DNA from: an uncultured candidatus Porisulfidus sp.
Lineage (GTDB): Bacteria; Pseudomonadota; Gammaproteobacteria; Poriferisulfidales; Poriferisulfidaceae
Direction: 5' to 3'
Assembly: GCA_965116025.1 (NCBI GenBank)
Contig: OZ220480.1
Location: forward strand, 1,592,495-1,656,494
DNA length: 64,000 nt
Shown: in pieces, positions 19,317-28,859 of the stretch
Numbering within the stretch: the stretch's first letter is position 1
Layout: the number at the start of each line of letters is the position of its first letter
Translations under genes and position numbers: made by a program
Notes under the pieces: model-generated
The model's input: the letters and a program-made list of their open reading frames with translations, nothing else
What the model was told of the DNA's origin: nothing
Databases searched by the model: none

Positions 19317-19556
19317 GTTGATACTCTCCGTCGCCGTGTATTATAGAAAATCCGGTGAGGACAGTGGATTTCGTTCGACTTTATAGCTGAACACCGGGTC
19401 TCGGGTGCCTGATTTTAATCTGCCTCGGCATAGACTATTTGGCAAACATCACCAAATAATGAAGTTGTTCCCACATCCAAACTCGTATATCATTGATCCT
19501 TGGTAACGCGGAACCCTGTGAAGCCCATCCACTTTTAGCCAGTGTAAGGAAGTACG

Positions 19557-20671
19557 TTGAACTTCGAATCGATAGACTCCCTCCAAAGGACGCTGTCCGA
19601 TCAAGTGTTTCACTATGCCGCTGATCGGAAGAAGGCGGCGGGCAGGGCATTGGGAACGCTCGTTGAGATTGTGACTTACCATGCTCTCTGTGCGTGGAGA
19701 CTCTCCAATCATATCGTGATTGAGCGCAGAGTGCCAGAGTTTGCGAATCCTGAAATCTCGCATAACGTCGAATTTTCCCTTCACCCAGTACTCGCCGAGC
19801 ATCGCGTAGAAATCGCACCGTTATCCTTGCCAATAACAACGACAAAAGTGTTGCACGTCTGGCCACGTCTAGCGGAGCATACAATCAAGAAATCTCAACT
19901 TCTGAGTCAAGATTGGGTCAAGAGAAATTCGACTGTCCTCACGAAACCGAAGTTGGACCTATTGTCGCTAACATTGGAGCCTTGGACGTATCGCGATGCG
20001 CGCTCACGATTTGCGAACTTTCTGCCGATCCGTTCGCGATAGTGGAATGTAAGCGAGTAGGTGTCGAAGAAGGGGTGAGAAAAGGTCCACAAACAATTGA
20101 AAAGGCTAAACAAGGCTCTTATGTCGCGCGTTCCGTTTCATCTCTGCAGAAAGTGAGATTGAGAAGCGGTCAATTCCAAGGTATTATTGAGCGAACCGAT
20201 GGTCGGTTTCGTTCTGGGCCATACTTGGATGTGCAAAGAGAGATAATCGACACACTGTCGCCTTCTGAATTTCCAGGGTTCATTCTTACGATAGGGGTTG
20301 TGAGCAATCATGGCAATTGGTTCACATCAGACAATCCGAATAAAGAGCTTCGCGTATTGGCCCAGTCTTACGATTGGTTGTTGTTCCTCACTGACCGCGG
20401 TTTAGCGATATTCATTGATGATCTTCTTCTAAATCCCACTGACGAGTTGAAACCAGCCCGCGCCGCTTTTCTCCAAAGCTACTCGGGTCAGAAGTCAACT
20501 AACAAATTTACGAAGGTCCGCATGGATTCTGACGCGGACAAGATATTGCGGAAGTATTTTTCGCGACATGGATCTGAAATTGATGAAGAATGGTTCAATG
20601 TCATATCGCCAGAGAATGGTGCGCTTCACTCGTTGAGAGCGGATTTGGGAACTCTTGCTAGCCGTGGCTGA
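19557..20671 (+). pseudogene. putative type II restriction endonuclease (PD-(D/E)XK), apparently split by a frameshift near 19880-19915
   Basis: ORFs 19557..20042 and 19913..20671 overlap by 130 nt in different frames. The tail of ORF1 and the frame upstream of ORF2 both read as low-quality sequence. ORF2 carries ...DPFAIVECKR (an E-x-K catalytic-like motif). AT-richer than the flanks and followed by a methyltransferase. Confidence 0.5.
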
Positions 20672-20690
20672 TCGTGCAGGAGCGACACAA

Positions 20691-21302
20691 ATGACCGCGG
20701 GTCGAAGCAATGCGGAATCGGTGAGCCAACACTGGTGCACTCCACCAAAATACGTAAATGCCATTCGGGAGTTCTTTGGCGGCCAAATCGCGCTGGACCC
20801 TTGCTCGAACGAGTATTCAATCGTGGATGCCGCTGTTGAGTATCGTCTGCCCCACTCTGATGGCTTGGCGCAACCATGGGATGCGCCGACGGTGTTCGTT
20901 AATCCGCCTTACGGGCGAGACAGAAGGAGGGGAACTGGAATCCTAGATTGGCTTAGAAAATGCAGCGAGGCGCGCTCGCGGCATGATGCTGAAGTGCTCG
21001 CGCTCGTGCCCGTAGCGACAAACACACGGCATTGGAAGAGTTTCGTCTTCGGCGCCGCTGACGGAGTCGCCTTCCTGTACGACACGCGGCTTAGATTTCT
21101 TGAAAACGGAAGAAATTCGGGAAAAGGTGCCCCGATGTCGTGCGCGATGGTCTATTGGGGGCCAAGATACGAGCGTTTTGAGGGAGTGTTCATCCGCTTT
21201 GGCGCGGTGGTCGATCTTCGACATTTGCGAGGCAAATCCATTGGAGTGGACCGGCGCCTTCCGTTATTCGAGTCCAACGACCGTCATGTTCCCCTTCATT
21301 AA
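20691..21302 (+). CDS. DNA N6-adenine methyltransferase, phage-Dam-like family
   Basis: ORF 20655..21302 trimmed to ATG 20691, with AGGAG 8-9 nt upstream. Motifs W-TPP (HWCTPPKYV) and VFVNPPYG. Confidence 0.8.
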   Translation: MTAGRSNAESVSQHWCTPPKYVNAIREFFGGQIALDPCSNEYSIVDAAVEYRLPHSDGLAQPWDAPTVFVNPPYGRDRRRGTGILDWLRKCSEARSRHDAEVLALVPVATNTRHWKSFVFGAADGVAFLYDTRLRFLENGRNSGKGAPMSCAMVYWGPRYERFEGVFIRFGAVVDLRHLRGKSIGVDRRLPLFESNDRHVPLH

Positions 21303-21357
21303 AAAACTCGGATATCGGGAGATTTTGATTTTCGCGCGCGCTCCACGCGGTATGCCG

Positions 21358-22569
21358 CTACAACTGACGAAGTTCGTCCGACACGGCCATCGGTGACGGA
21401 TAGTGCATGACTATCCAGTATGAGGAGATGATGAAAGTGAACAGGGTGGTGGTCTGGATGATGTAGGAAGCGTTTTCGCTAATGACCCCGCCAGCCAGCG
21501 CGAGCACCGCGATGAGCAACGAGAATTCGCTGACGTTCGCTAGGCGCACGCCGACCTCGTGGGCGCGTCCCGGTTTCTCGCCCGCCCGACGTAGCAAGAC
21601 GCGGAACAGCCAAGGCTTGGAGATCATCGCGAACGCGGTCAGCAACGTCGCTGGAACCACCACGTCCGGAAGCACTTTCCAATCGTATCCCGCGCCGATG
21701 GCGAAGAAGAAGATGACCAGGAAGAAGTCACGCAGCGGCTTGAGCACTTCCGCTACGAATTTCGCGATTGGGCTCGACGCCACGGCGACCCCGGCAATGA
21801 ACGCGCCAGTTTCTTCGGACAGGCCCAGCACGGCGGCGAGCTCCGCGACGCCCAGGCACCACCCGATGACTAGCAGGAAGATGTACTCCTGAATCTGGTC
21901 GAAGCGGGCGAACAACGGGGTGAGCACGTAGCGCTGGAACAGAAGCGCGAACCCGGCGAGCAGGGGCAGGCTCATTAGCACGAGGAGAATCTCCCAAGCC
22001 CCTGCCGCGCCAGCGCTTCCGCCAGCGGACTGCAACTCGATAAGGATCAGGATGATGATGGCGAGCAGGTCCTGCAGAAGCAGGATGCTGATCATTAGCT
22101 CGCCCGTGATTTGGTGATGCAGGATGGTGGTTGGCAGAAGCTTCAGACCGATGATGGTGCTGGAGAACATCATGGCGGCGCCGACGAAGACCGAATCGAG
22201 AAGGGCCAGGCCCAGCGCGTAGCAGATCGCGCCGCCGCCGACACCGAAGAACCCCGAGGTGGCGGCGGTGATCACCGCGGTCTTGCGAAACAAGTGAAGC
22301 AACTTCTGCGGCTCGAGGTTGAGGCCCAGCAGGAACAGAAGGAACATGATGCCGATGTGCGATACGCTCTCGATCATCCGCGTGTCCGACACCAGTCCCG
22401 CGCCAAACGGCCCGACGATCAGGCCCAGCAAAATGTACGCGATCAGCATCGTCTGCCGCGCGAACAGGGAGATGGTGGCCAGAACGGCCGCGCCTGTGAA
22501 GATCAGGAAAATCGTGAAAACGACGTCGGTGGCCAAGGGTCTCCCTCCCCAGTTGGCGATCACGGGCAT
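21358..22569 (-). CDS. cation:proton antiporter (CPA2/Kef-type membrane domain)
   Basis: ORF 21358..22683 trimmed to ATG 22569. Polytopic membrane protein of about 403 aa with Na+/H+ exchanger-like helices (GLIVGPFGAGL..., LLFLLGLNLEP). Confidence 0.8.
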   Translation of the reverse strand: MPVIANWGGRPLATDVVFTIFLIFTGAAVLATISLFARQTMLIAYILLGLIVGPFGAGLVSDTRMIESVSHIGIMFLLFLLGLNLEPQKLLHLFRKTAVITAATSGFFGVGGGAICYALGLALLDSVFVGAAMMFSSTIIGLKLLPTTILHHQITGELMISILLLQDLLAIIILILIELQSAGGSAGAAGAWEILLVLMSLPLLAGFALLFQRYVLTPLFARFDQIQEYIFLLVIGWCLGVAELAAVLGLSEETGAFIAGVAVASSPIAKFVAEVLKPLRDFFLVIFFFAIGAGYDWKVLPDVVVPATLLTAFAMISKPWLFRVLLRRAGEKPGRAHEVGVRLANVSEFSLLIAVLALAGGVISENASYIIQTTTLFTFIISSYWIVMHYPSPMAVSDELRQL

Positions 22570-22866
22570 TTTAGCAGTAGGGCGAGAATGAAGGTTGCGT
22601 CTCGGCGCGAATGGTCGCGCGGTTTGACGGGCCTTCGGCATACGCCATACAATTGAACGACCCTTGCCAGAAAGATTCGCCATGCCCCGCGCGCGTGACC
22701 GTCAAGCCAGAGCCGATCTGCCGCGAAACTTGTTTACCGTGCCTTACGATCTTCTTGGCCGAGCGCTGTTCGCGCGAGTTACGGGCTGCGCCCGCGCTTT
22801 GAACGAAGCGCTTTCAGGCCGTTATGGCGCCGCGTCTCACGTGGGCGCGTGGGAGGCGCGCCACTA

Positions 22867-24045
22867 ATGCGAAGGTTCTATTCTGGAAGAAATTTCCACC
22901 GGGCCTGCTCGATTGAGGAGTTGCGGGAAATCGCTCGTCGACGCGTGCCGTATTTCGCGATGGAGTATGTTGACGGGGGCGCGGAGGATGAGGTTTCCTT
23001 ATATCGCAACCGGGAAGTCTTGCGCTCCATCCAGTTCGTGCCGAACGTGCTGGTGGACACCAGTGGGCGCCATCAGCGGATTCGCTTGTTCGGTCGCGAA
23101 TCTGATTCTCCCCTCGCCATTTGTCCCACCGGACTCAATGGCATGTTGCGCCGCGATGCCGACGTGGCGTTGGCTCGGGCGGCGGAGAAGCACGGCATTC
23201 CGTTCTGTCTAGGGACCCTCTCGACCACCAGTCTGGAACGGGTCGCGCGCGAGGCGCATGGCCGTCTGTGGATGCAACTGTACGTTATGAATCGGCGCGA
23301 GATCACGCAAAACATTCTGAGTCGCGCGCAAGACGCGGGCTACGAAGCGCTGGTGTTCACCGTGGACTCCAACATCTTCGGAAACCGGGAGTGGAACCGC
23401 CGCAGCTATCGCGCGCCAGCGAGACTGACCTCGCGCAATCTACTGGATGTCGCACGGCACCCTCACTGGATCTGGAACGCGCTCGTCCCTCGCGGAATTC
23501 CCCGTTTCGAGAATATCGTCGAGTTCATGCCACCGGAAGCGCGGAGCGCGAACGCGGGGGTGGCCATTGTGACGAAGCTGTTCGCGCCCGACATTACTTG
23601 GAAGGATGTGGAGTGGTTGCGCGAGAAGTGGCCTCGCAAACTCATCCTCAAGGGCATTCTCTCTCCGGCGGACGCGCTCCGCGCCGTCGAGGCGGGGTGC
23701 GACGGTATCGTCGTCAGCAACCACGGAGGAAGGCAGCTGGACGGTAGCGTCTCGTCCATAGAGGCGCTTCCCGGCATCGTGGAGGCGGTTGGCGAGAAAA
23801 TCACTATCCTCGTGGACAGTGGCTTCCGGCGCGGCACGGATGTCGTGAAGGCGCTGGCGCTAGGCGCGGACGCGGTCATGGTCGGTCGCGCGACGCTGTT
23901 TGGGTTGGCGGCTGGCGGGGAGGCCGGAGTCGGCCATGCGCTCTCGATTCTCGCCGAAGAGATCGATCGCGCTCTGGGTCAGCTGGGTTGCCGCTCGATC
24001 TCCGACCTTGGGCCCCATCTTCTGAAATGCCCGTTCGACGCATGA
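22867..24045 (+). CDS. FMN-dependent alpha-hydroxy-acid dehydrogenase/oxidase (LldD/glycolate-oxidase family)
   Basis: 392 aa. Motifs VSNHGGRQLD and GIPFCLGTLS are typical of the family. Confidence 0.85.
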   Translation: MRRFYSGRNFHRACSIEELREIARRRVPYFAMEYVDGGAEDEVSLYRNREVLRSIQFVPNVLVDTSGRHQRIRLFGRESDSPLAICPTGLNGMLRRDADVALARAAEKHGIPFCLGTLSTTSLERVAREAHGRLWMQLYVMNRREITQNILSRAQDAGYEALVFTVDSNIFGNREWNRRSYRAPARLTSRNLLDVARHPHWIWNALVPRGIPRFENIVEFMPPEARSANAGVAIVTKLFAPDITWKDVEWLREKWPRKLILKGILSPADALRAVEAGCDGIVVSNHGGRQLDGSVSSIEALPGIVEAVGEKITILVDSGFRRGTDVVKALALGADAVMVGRATLFGLAAGGEAGVGHALSILAEEIDRALGQLGCRSISDLGPHLLKCPFDA

Positions 24046-24614
24046 GGAGCGGAATGCGCGTCGATCTTGAAAGCGGAGTGTTGCGCGAAGCGCGTCAGGT
24101 GGTCTCGCCAAACCGCGACGAACGGCCGGAAGACTGTGGAATCGATTTGGTGGTGATCCACGGCATTAGCCTCCCTCCGGGAGAATTCGGCACGGATTGC
24201 ATCGAAAGGTTGTTCACGAACTCGCTGGACCCGAATGCTCACCCGTATTTCGAGAAGATCATAGAATTGCGCGTGTCGGCGCACCTGTTGATTCGGCGCG
24301 ATGGAGAGGTGGTGCAGTTCGTGCCGTTTCGCGAACGCGCTTGGCACGCCGGGGAATCCCGCTTCGAGGGGCGTGATCGATGCAACGATTTCTCGATCGG
24401 GATCGAGCTGGAAGGTACCGATGATCTGCCGTACGAAGCGCCGCAGATCGAGCGTCTTCGCGAAGTCGTTCGCGCGCTGTTCCAGGCGTACCCGGGGCTA
24501 GGCCCGGAGCGAGTGGTCGGGCACTGCGATATCGCGCCGGGACGGAAGACCGATCCAGGGCCGCATTTCGACTGGACAGGATTCCGGGATTCGTTGGCGG
24601 GGTCGAATGGTTAG
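24042..24614 (+). CDS. ampD: 1,6-anhydro-N-acetylmuramyl-L-alanine amidase
   Basis: ORF 23988..24614 trimmed to ATG 24042 (ATGA overlap with the preceding stop). Amidase_2 pattern SPNRDERP...[14 protein letters not shown]...AWHAGES. Confidence 0.88.
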   Translation: MRSGMRVDLESGVLREARQVVSPNRDERPEDCGIDLVVIHGISLPPGEFGTDCIERLFTNSLDPNAHPYFEKIIELRVSAHLLIRRDGEVVQFVPFRERAWHAGESRFEGRDRCNDFSIGIELEGTDDLPYEAPQIERLREVVRALFQAYPGLGPERVVGHCDIAPGRKTDPGPHFDWTGFRDSLAGSNG

Positions 24615-25009
24615 CTGGCGCGCGGCTTCAGCGACAAGGCGATGGAGTTGATGCAGTAGCGTAAGCCGCCAGGCGGTGGGCCATCCGGGAAAACATGGCC
24701 AAGATGCGCGTCGCAGCGCGCGCAAAGGACTTCTGTGCGGGTCATGCCAATGCTGGAATCGACTCTCTCTTCCAAATACCGCTCCTCGGCAGGCTTGGTG
24801 AAGCTTGGCCAGCCCGTTCCCGAGTCGAATTTGTCTTTCGCGTCGAACAGAGGCTGTCCGCAACAGACGCACAGGTACACGCCGTCTTTCTCGCAATTCC
24901 AGTAATCTCCATGGAACGGGGGCTCGGTGCCCTTGCGGCGACACACGGCAAATTGCTCGGCACTCAGTCGAGACCGCCATTCGGAATCGCTACGCGACAG
25001 TTTCTCCAC
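24611..25009 (-). CDS. msrB: peptide-methionine (R)-S-oxide reductase
   Basis: ORF 24611..25120 trimmed to GTG 25009. Motifs GTEPPF, CxxC...CxxC, GWPSF and RYCINS. Confidence 0.9.
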   Translation of the reverse strand: MEKLSRSDSEWRSRLSAEQFAVCRRKGTEPPFHGDYWNCEKDGVYLCVCCGQPLFDAKDKFDSGTGWPSFTKPAEERYLEERVDSSIGMTRTEVLCARCDAHLGHVFPDGPPPGGLRYCINSIALSLKPRAS

Positions 25010-25016
25010 GCGTGCG

Positions 25017-25643
25017 CTATGCCGGACGGTTCGGGTCGGTCTCGCTATTCCTTTTTGACGCGCGCTCACGTGCGATGGCCTCCAAAAGCGGAAATGGGCT
25101 TTCCTCGAAAGGAGGCTCAAGAGGCCATGTTAGCCGGATGCTGGTCGCCAATAAATTTTCCCGTTGATAAGCGGAATAACCGCGATGCCTTGATCTCGGC
25201 AGGTCTTCGTTTCGAATAAACGCGAAACGCCATTTTTGGCCGAACTCAAACAGGCTTACCGCCAAGATGTCGAACTTTCCTGGCAACAGGCAAGTCGTTT
25301 CCATCACGCTTCCGTCTGGAAGCGTGACCTTCCGGCGGTCACTCGCGTCCACTTGGCATCGTCCAACGTATCCTCCATTATCGCGCCTCACGGAATTCGT
25401 CTGCAAGGATTTCACCTCGACGCTTATTTCTTCTCCTTGATACTCGAAGCTGAAATCGGCCGGTCTGGTTCTATCGTGATCGTCGTATCGGCGCAATTTG
25501 TGGATGCGCGCATCTGAAAAGATGCCACGTTGCAGCTTGTACTCTGACACAAATCCTATTAGGGGTCCGCGCGCGCTTGGGCGTTCGGAGAGAATCGCGT
25601 TGAGGTCTTCGAGAGACAGCCCCCAGTCATCGATTATTCCCAT
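25017..25643 (-). CDS. putative type II restriction endonuclease (PD-(D/E)XK)
   Basis: 208 aa. D-x11-EVK arrangement ([19 protein letters not shown]). 10-nt overlap with the upstream methyltransferase gene. AT-richer than the flanks. Confidence 0.6.
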   Translation of the reverse strand: MGIIDDWGLSLEDLNAILSERPSARGPLIGFVSEYKLQRGIFSDARIHKLRRYDDHDRTRPADFSFEYQGEEISVEVKSLQTNSVRRDNGGYVGRCQVDASDRRKVTLPDGSVMETTCLLPGKFDILAVSLFEFGQKWRFAFIRNEDLPRSRHRGYSAYQRENLLATSIRLTWPLEPPFEESPFPLLEAIARERASKRNSETDPNRPA

Positions 25644-26380
25644 TTTCTCTTTTTCTCGAAAACAAGGAAATAGGAGTGATTCTTTCGTGCGTGGACTTGT
25701 TTCAGGATGCGGCTGACCGCTGGGCGGTTCGCGCGCACCGCCACGAAAAGGTCCTTCGCGTAAAAGCCATTTTCCGTGTAGGCGTTAATGATCTCGACAT
25801 GCGTCAGCCACTGCTGGTTCGCGCTCACTTCATCTTGGCACTTCACGATGGCGACACCTTTCTGGCGAAGCACGCGAGAGGCTTCTTTACCCGCCTGGAT
25901 ATACATATTAATAACGGCGGCATGGTATTTCTTCGATTCGGATTTCGCCTCGCGATTGCCAGAGTAATATTTTCGAAACGCTTGGTAGTTTCCGGCTCCG
26001 GCTAGCGACGCGTTCGCGTTTCGGTAAAAGCCCTCCATATACGGCGGATCCAGCACTACGCAATCGAACGTCTCATCGCCATACGGAAGCATCCGGCAAT
26101 CGACTTTGGTCGCTATGTCTGACGCGATGACGTGGTACGCGTTCTTGTCCACGAGCTTCCAGAAAACGCCTTTTCCGTATGTGACATCGGCCACTGTCGC
26201 GCCACGGGGCACATGGAGATCAAGAATTTGCGGGAAAATCTCGGCGTTTCCCGCGACGCGCGCGCTCACGACCAAGTCGCTCGTGACCACTCCTGAAGGG
26301 GCCTTGCGTTTCACGCCATTGGGCTGACCTCGCTGACTATGCTCAGCCTTTTTCGTCGCGTCCGCGCCTAGAATGGGCAT
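25634..26380 (-). CDS. DNA methyltransferase (N6-adenine or N4-cytosine; motif I before DPPY)
   Basis: 248 aa. SAM-binding-like [12 protein letters not shown] and catalytic VLDPPY. Confidence 0.8.
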   Translation of the reverse strand: MPILGADATKKAEHSQRGQPNGVKRKAPSGVVTSDLVVSARVAGNAEIFPQILDLHVPRGATVADVTYGKGVFWKLVDKNAYHVIASDIATKVDCRMLPYGDETFDCVVLDPPYMEGFYRNANASLAGAGNYQAFRKYYSGNREAKSESKKYHAAVINMYIQAGKEASRVLRQKGVAIVKCQDEVSANQQWLTHVEIINAYTENGFYAKDLFVAVRANRPAVSRILKQVHARKNHSYFLVFEKKRKWE

Positions 26381-26672
26381 GGTGAGATTATATCACTCGG
26401 TCGCCGTCACGCCTCGACGCGATGACTTCAAAGGTGTCTTGAGCGACGATTTGATTGACGGATTGAGCGTTTGAATGTAATTAAATAACATATGATTCAT
26501 GTAAGTATTGATGGCTGACGTGGTCTGGGTAAGGCTCGCCCATCGACTCGAAATAGCTTGAGGAAGCGCATCGGTGCCTGGATATGTGTATATAAGAAAG
26601 CGTCTAATATAGAAATTATTGGCATTTTGTGCCAAAATATGGCTCATACATCCACTAGAGATAGAGTTCTCT

Positions 26673-28043
26673 ATGCTATTACGCTTTGGGGTTTCCAACC
26701 ACCGCTCCATTCGCGACTATCAGGAGTTGCATTTGAGCGCGTCCAAACGCATCAAGCGTAAAGGGCTGGCTATCCCCGTCCCGACGCTGAAGGAGGACGC
26801 GGTTCCCGTCGTCGCGCTCTACGGAGGCAACGCGACAGGAAAATCGAATCTAATTAATGCGATGCGCGAGATTCAACAAGCGATTCTTCAGTCTCATAAA
26901 TCGCTAAGTGCCACTGATCAAATTCCTTGGGCCCCGTTCCGGTTTGCCGATTCGGATAGCGCGAAGCCGACGCGGTTCGACTGCACATTCGCGGTAGTTG
27001 AAGAAGCTATGGAGCAAAGCTCGCGCGCGCGCGAAAGCGTGTATGAATATGGTTTCGAGTATGTGGACATGGAGTTTCGGCGCGAGTGGCTGTATCGGAT
27101 AGTGCGCAATGAACGACAAAGCACCCAGGTACTGTTCGAACGCGAGACCGAGGATGGCGAGATGCGTGTGAGTTTTGGCGGTCAACTCCGAGGCAAGAAC
27201 AGGGCGATCGCCAACCTGACTCGGCCAAACAGCCTGTTGCTGTCCGCCGGCGCTCAGAACAATCATCCGCTACTGACGGAACTGTATCGCTATTTTTCCG
27301 AGCGGTGGGAGGTTATTCCGAATTCGGGAGCTATGGATGGCACTTCTGTCGCGAGGCGTCTGTCCGACTATGAGCATATGGAGCGATTGCTCTCGCTGGT
27401 TCGCCAAGCCGATATCGGGATAGTTGACATTGATGTCGAAGACGAGGAAGTCAAGGATGATCATGCAGAATTCGCGCGCGACCTCGCTTCCTTGCTTTCC
27501 AAGCATTCTAATCGACGGAGTAAACATGACCAGCTCGAAGCGTCGTTGGCCCATAAAATGTTGCGCAGGAAGCGGCTGCGCTTCCTGCATTCAACAGCGG
27601 AGAATCGTGTTGGGGCTCTCGGATATTCAATGGAAAGCAAGGGAACGCGCTCTCTGATTTCGCTTCTTATTCCAACGCTGGAAGCGCTTTCCCGCGGATC
27701 GCTTCTCGTGATCGACGAACTGGATACCAGTCTTCATCCGAATCTGGCGCGGGCGTTTGTCTCGCTTTTCGCGAAGAGATACTCCAACCCGCATGGCGCG
27801 CAATTGGTTTTTTCCACTCATGACGTTACGTTGCTCAGTAGCGGCATCCTGAATCCGGACGAGGTCTGGATGGTTGACAAGAATAGCATGGGAGAATCCC
27901 GGTTTACGCCATTGACCGAGTTCAAATTGCGCTCGCGTGACGATATCGAGAAGGCGTATCGACTGGGACGGTTCGGAGGCGTTCCGTTTGGCGATGATTT
28001 TTTCATCAATTTCCGCGATGATCGGGTTTTGGCGGAGTCATGA
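26673..28043 (+). CDS. AAA_21/ABC-type ATPase (RloA / OLD-ATPase-like)
   Basis: ORF 26619..28043 trimmed to ATG 26673. Walker A GGNATGKSN, Walker B LLVIDELDTSLHP, and D-loop/H-loop region VFSTHD. Confidence 0.8.
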   Translation: MLLRFGVSNHRSIRDYQELHLSASKRIKRKGLAIPVPTLKEDAVPVVALYGGNATGKSNLINAMREIQQAILQSHKSLSATDQIPWAPFRFADSDSAKPTRFDCTFAVVEEAMEQSSRARESVYEYGFEYVDMEFRREWLYRIVRNERQSTQVLFERETEDGEMRVSFGGQLRGKNRAIANLTRPNSLLLSAGAQNNHPLLTELYRYFSERWEVIPNSGAMDGTSVARRLSDYEHMERLLSLVRQADIGIVDIDVEDEEVKDDHAEFARDLASLLSKHSNRRSKHDQLEASLAHKMLRRKRLRFLHSTAENRVGALGYSMESKGTRSLISLLIPTLEALSRGSLLVIDELDTSLHPNLARAFVSLFAKRYSNPHGAQLVFSTHDVTLLSSGILNPDEVWMVDKNSMGESRFTPLTEFKLRSRDDIEKAYRLGRFGGVPFGDDFFINFRDDRVLAES

Positions 28044-28672
28044 GGCGCGCGCGACGCGTCGCACGACGCCCCGCCACGCGTTCACCCGCTATTCGAATCG
28101 TGGTCGCCACGGAAGGAGAGTTGACCGAACCAGAATATATCAAAGCGTTCAGTCGAATCCATGGAAATAAATCCGTGCAGGTCGTTCTGGCGCCAGTCGG
28201 TGGTGACCCGCGAGCGGTAGTCGAGCGGGCGATCAGAGAGTTGGAGAAATCGAAGCGGGACCGACTTGCGGCGAACGATTCCATATGGGCCATGTTCGAT
28301 CGGGATAACCATCCGAGATTCGACGAGGCGAGAGATCTGGCACGTAACAAAGGTATCCAGCTGGCCATATCGAATCCGTGTTTCGAATTGTGGGGAATTC
28401 TTCATTACCAAGAGCAGGACGCTCATCTTGAGAGCCGCGAGTGCCAGCGACAGTTTGGGCGATTGTGCCCAGGTTACAATGCTGGAACTGGCAAGGTTTT
28501 CGACGATCATGAAGCGATCCAACAGCGCCATTCGGATGCCGTCAAAAGAGCCACCCTGTTGGCTCGGCGCAGGGAGGAAGAAGGGAAGCCGGGAGGGAAT
28601 CCATCTACGACCGTTCATCTACTCACGAAATTGATACGGAGTTTCCGGCATGGTGAGAAATGTGGTGAATGA
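28040..28672 (+). CDS. RloB-like (Toprim-type) protein
   Basis: 210 aa with ATGA overlap to the ATPase gene. Motifs IVVATEGELTEPEY, MFDRDNH and ISNPCFELW are typical of the RloB family. Confidence 0.8.
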   Translation: MRRARRVARRPATRSPAIRIVVATEGELTEPEYIKAFSRIHGNKSVQVVLAPVGGDPRAVVERAIRELEKSKRDRLAANDSIWAMFDRDNHPRFDEARDLARNKGIQLAISNPCFELWGILHYQEQDAHLESRECQRQFGRLCPGYNAGTGKVFDDHEAIQQRHSDAVKRATLLARRREEEGKPGGNPSTTVHLLTKLIRSFRHGEKCGE

Positions 28673-28859
28673 TTCGCGGGACGCTCTACGTCTGGCATCA
28701 CGCGTTCGCTAACCCGGATGTTGCCACGGTCGGGCCAAAGCGAGGATGTTTTTCTCCAGATCGCTTCATCTGGAGCTCGAGAAGGATGGATTGATTTGGC
28801 GTTTTCCGCGCTCATGGACTATGATGGCGCATGGACACAGTACATAGAACCGAAAGTTG

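Noticed and set aside
19435-19884. 149-aa and 117-aa minus-strand ORFs at the left edge of the first RM cassette.
   Set aside because: They are antisense to the better-supported endonuclease frame, with no motifs. AT-rich DNA readily gives such ORFs when alternative start codons are allowed.
26393-26710. 105-aa minus-strand ORF in the divergent control region between the methyltransferase and the AAA_21 ATPase genes, considered as a possible controller protein.
   Set aside because: It has no HTH-like segment and overlaps the ATPase start. The AT-rich intergenic composition explains the open frame.
28754-28775. 8-bp inverted repeat CTCCAGAT...ATCTGGAG downstream of the RloB-like gene, considered as a terminator.
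   Set aside because: The T-run precedes the stem rather than following it on the plus strand, and the minus-strand version is followed by an A-run. This is not a canonical intrinsic terminator in either orientation.
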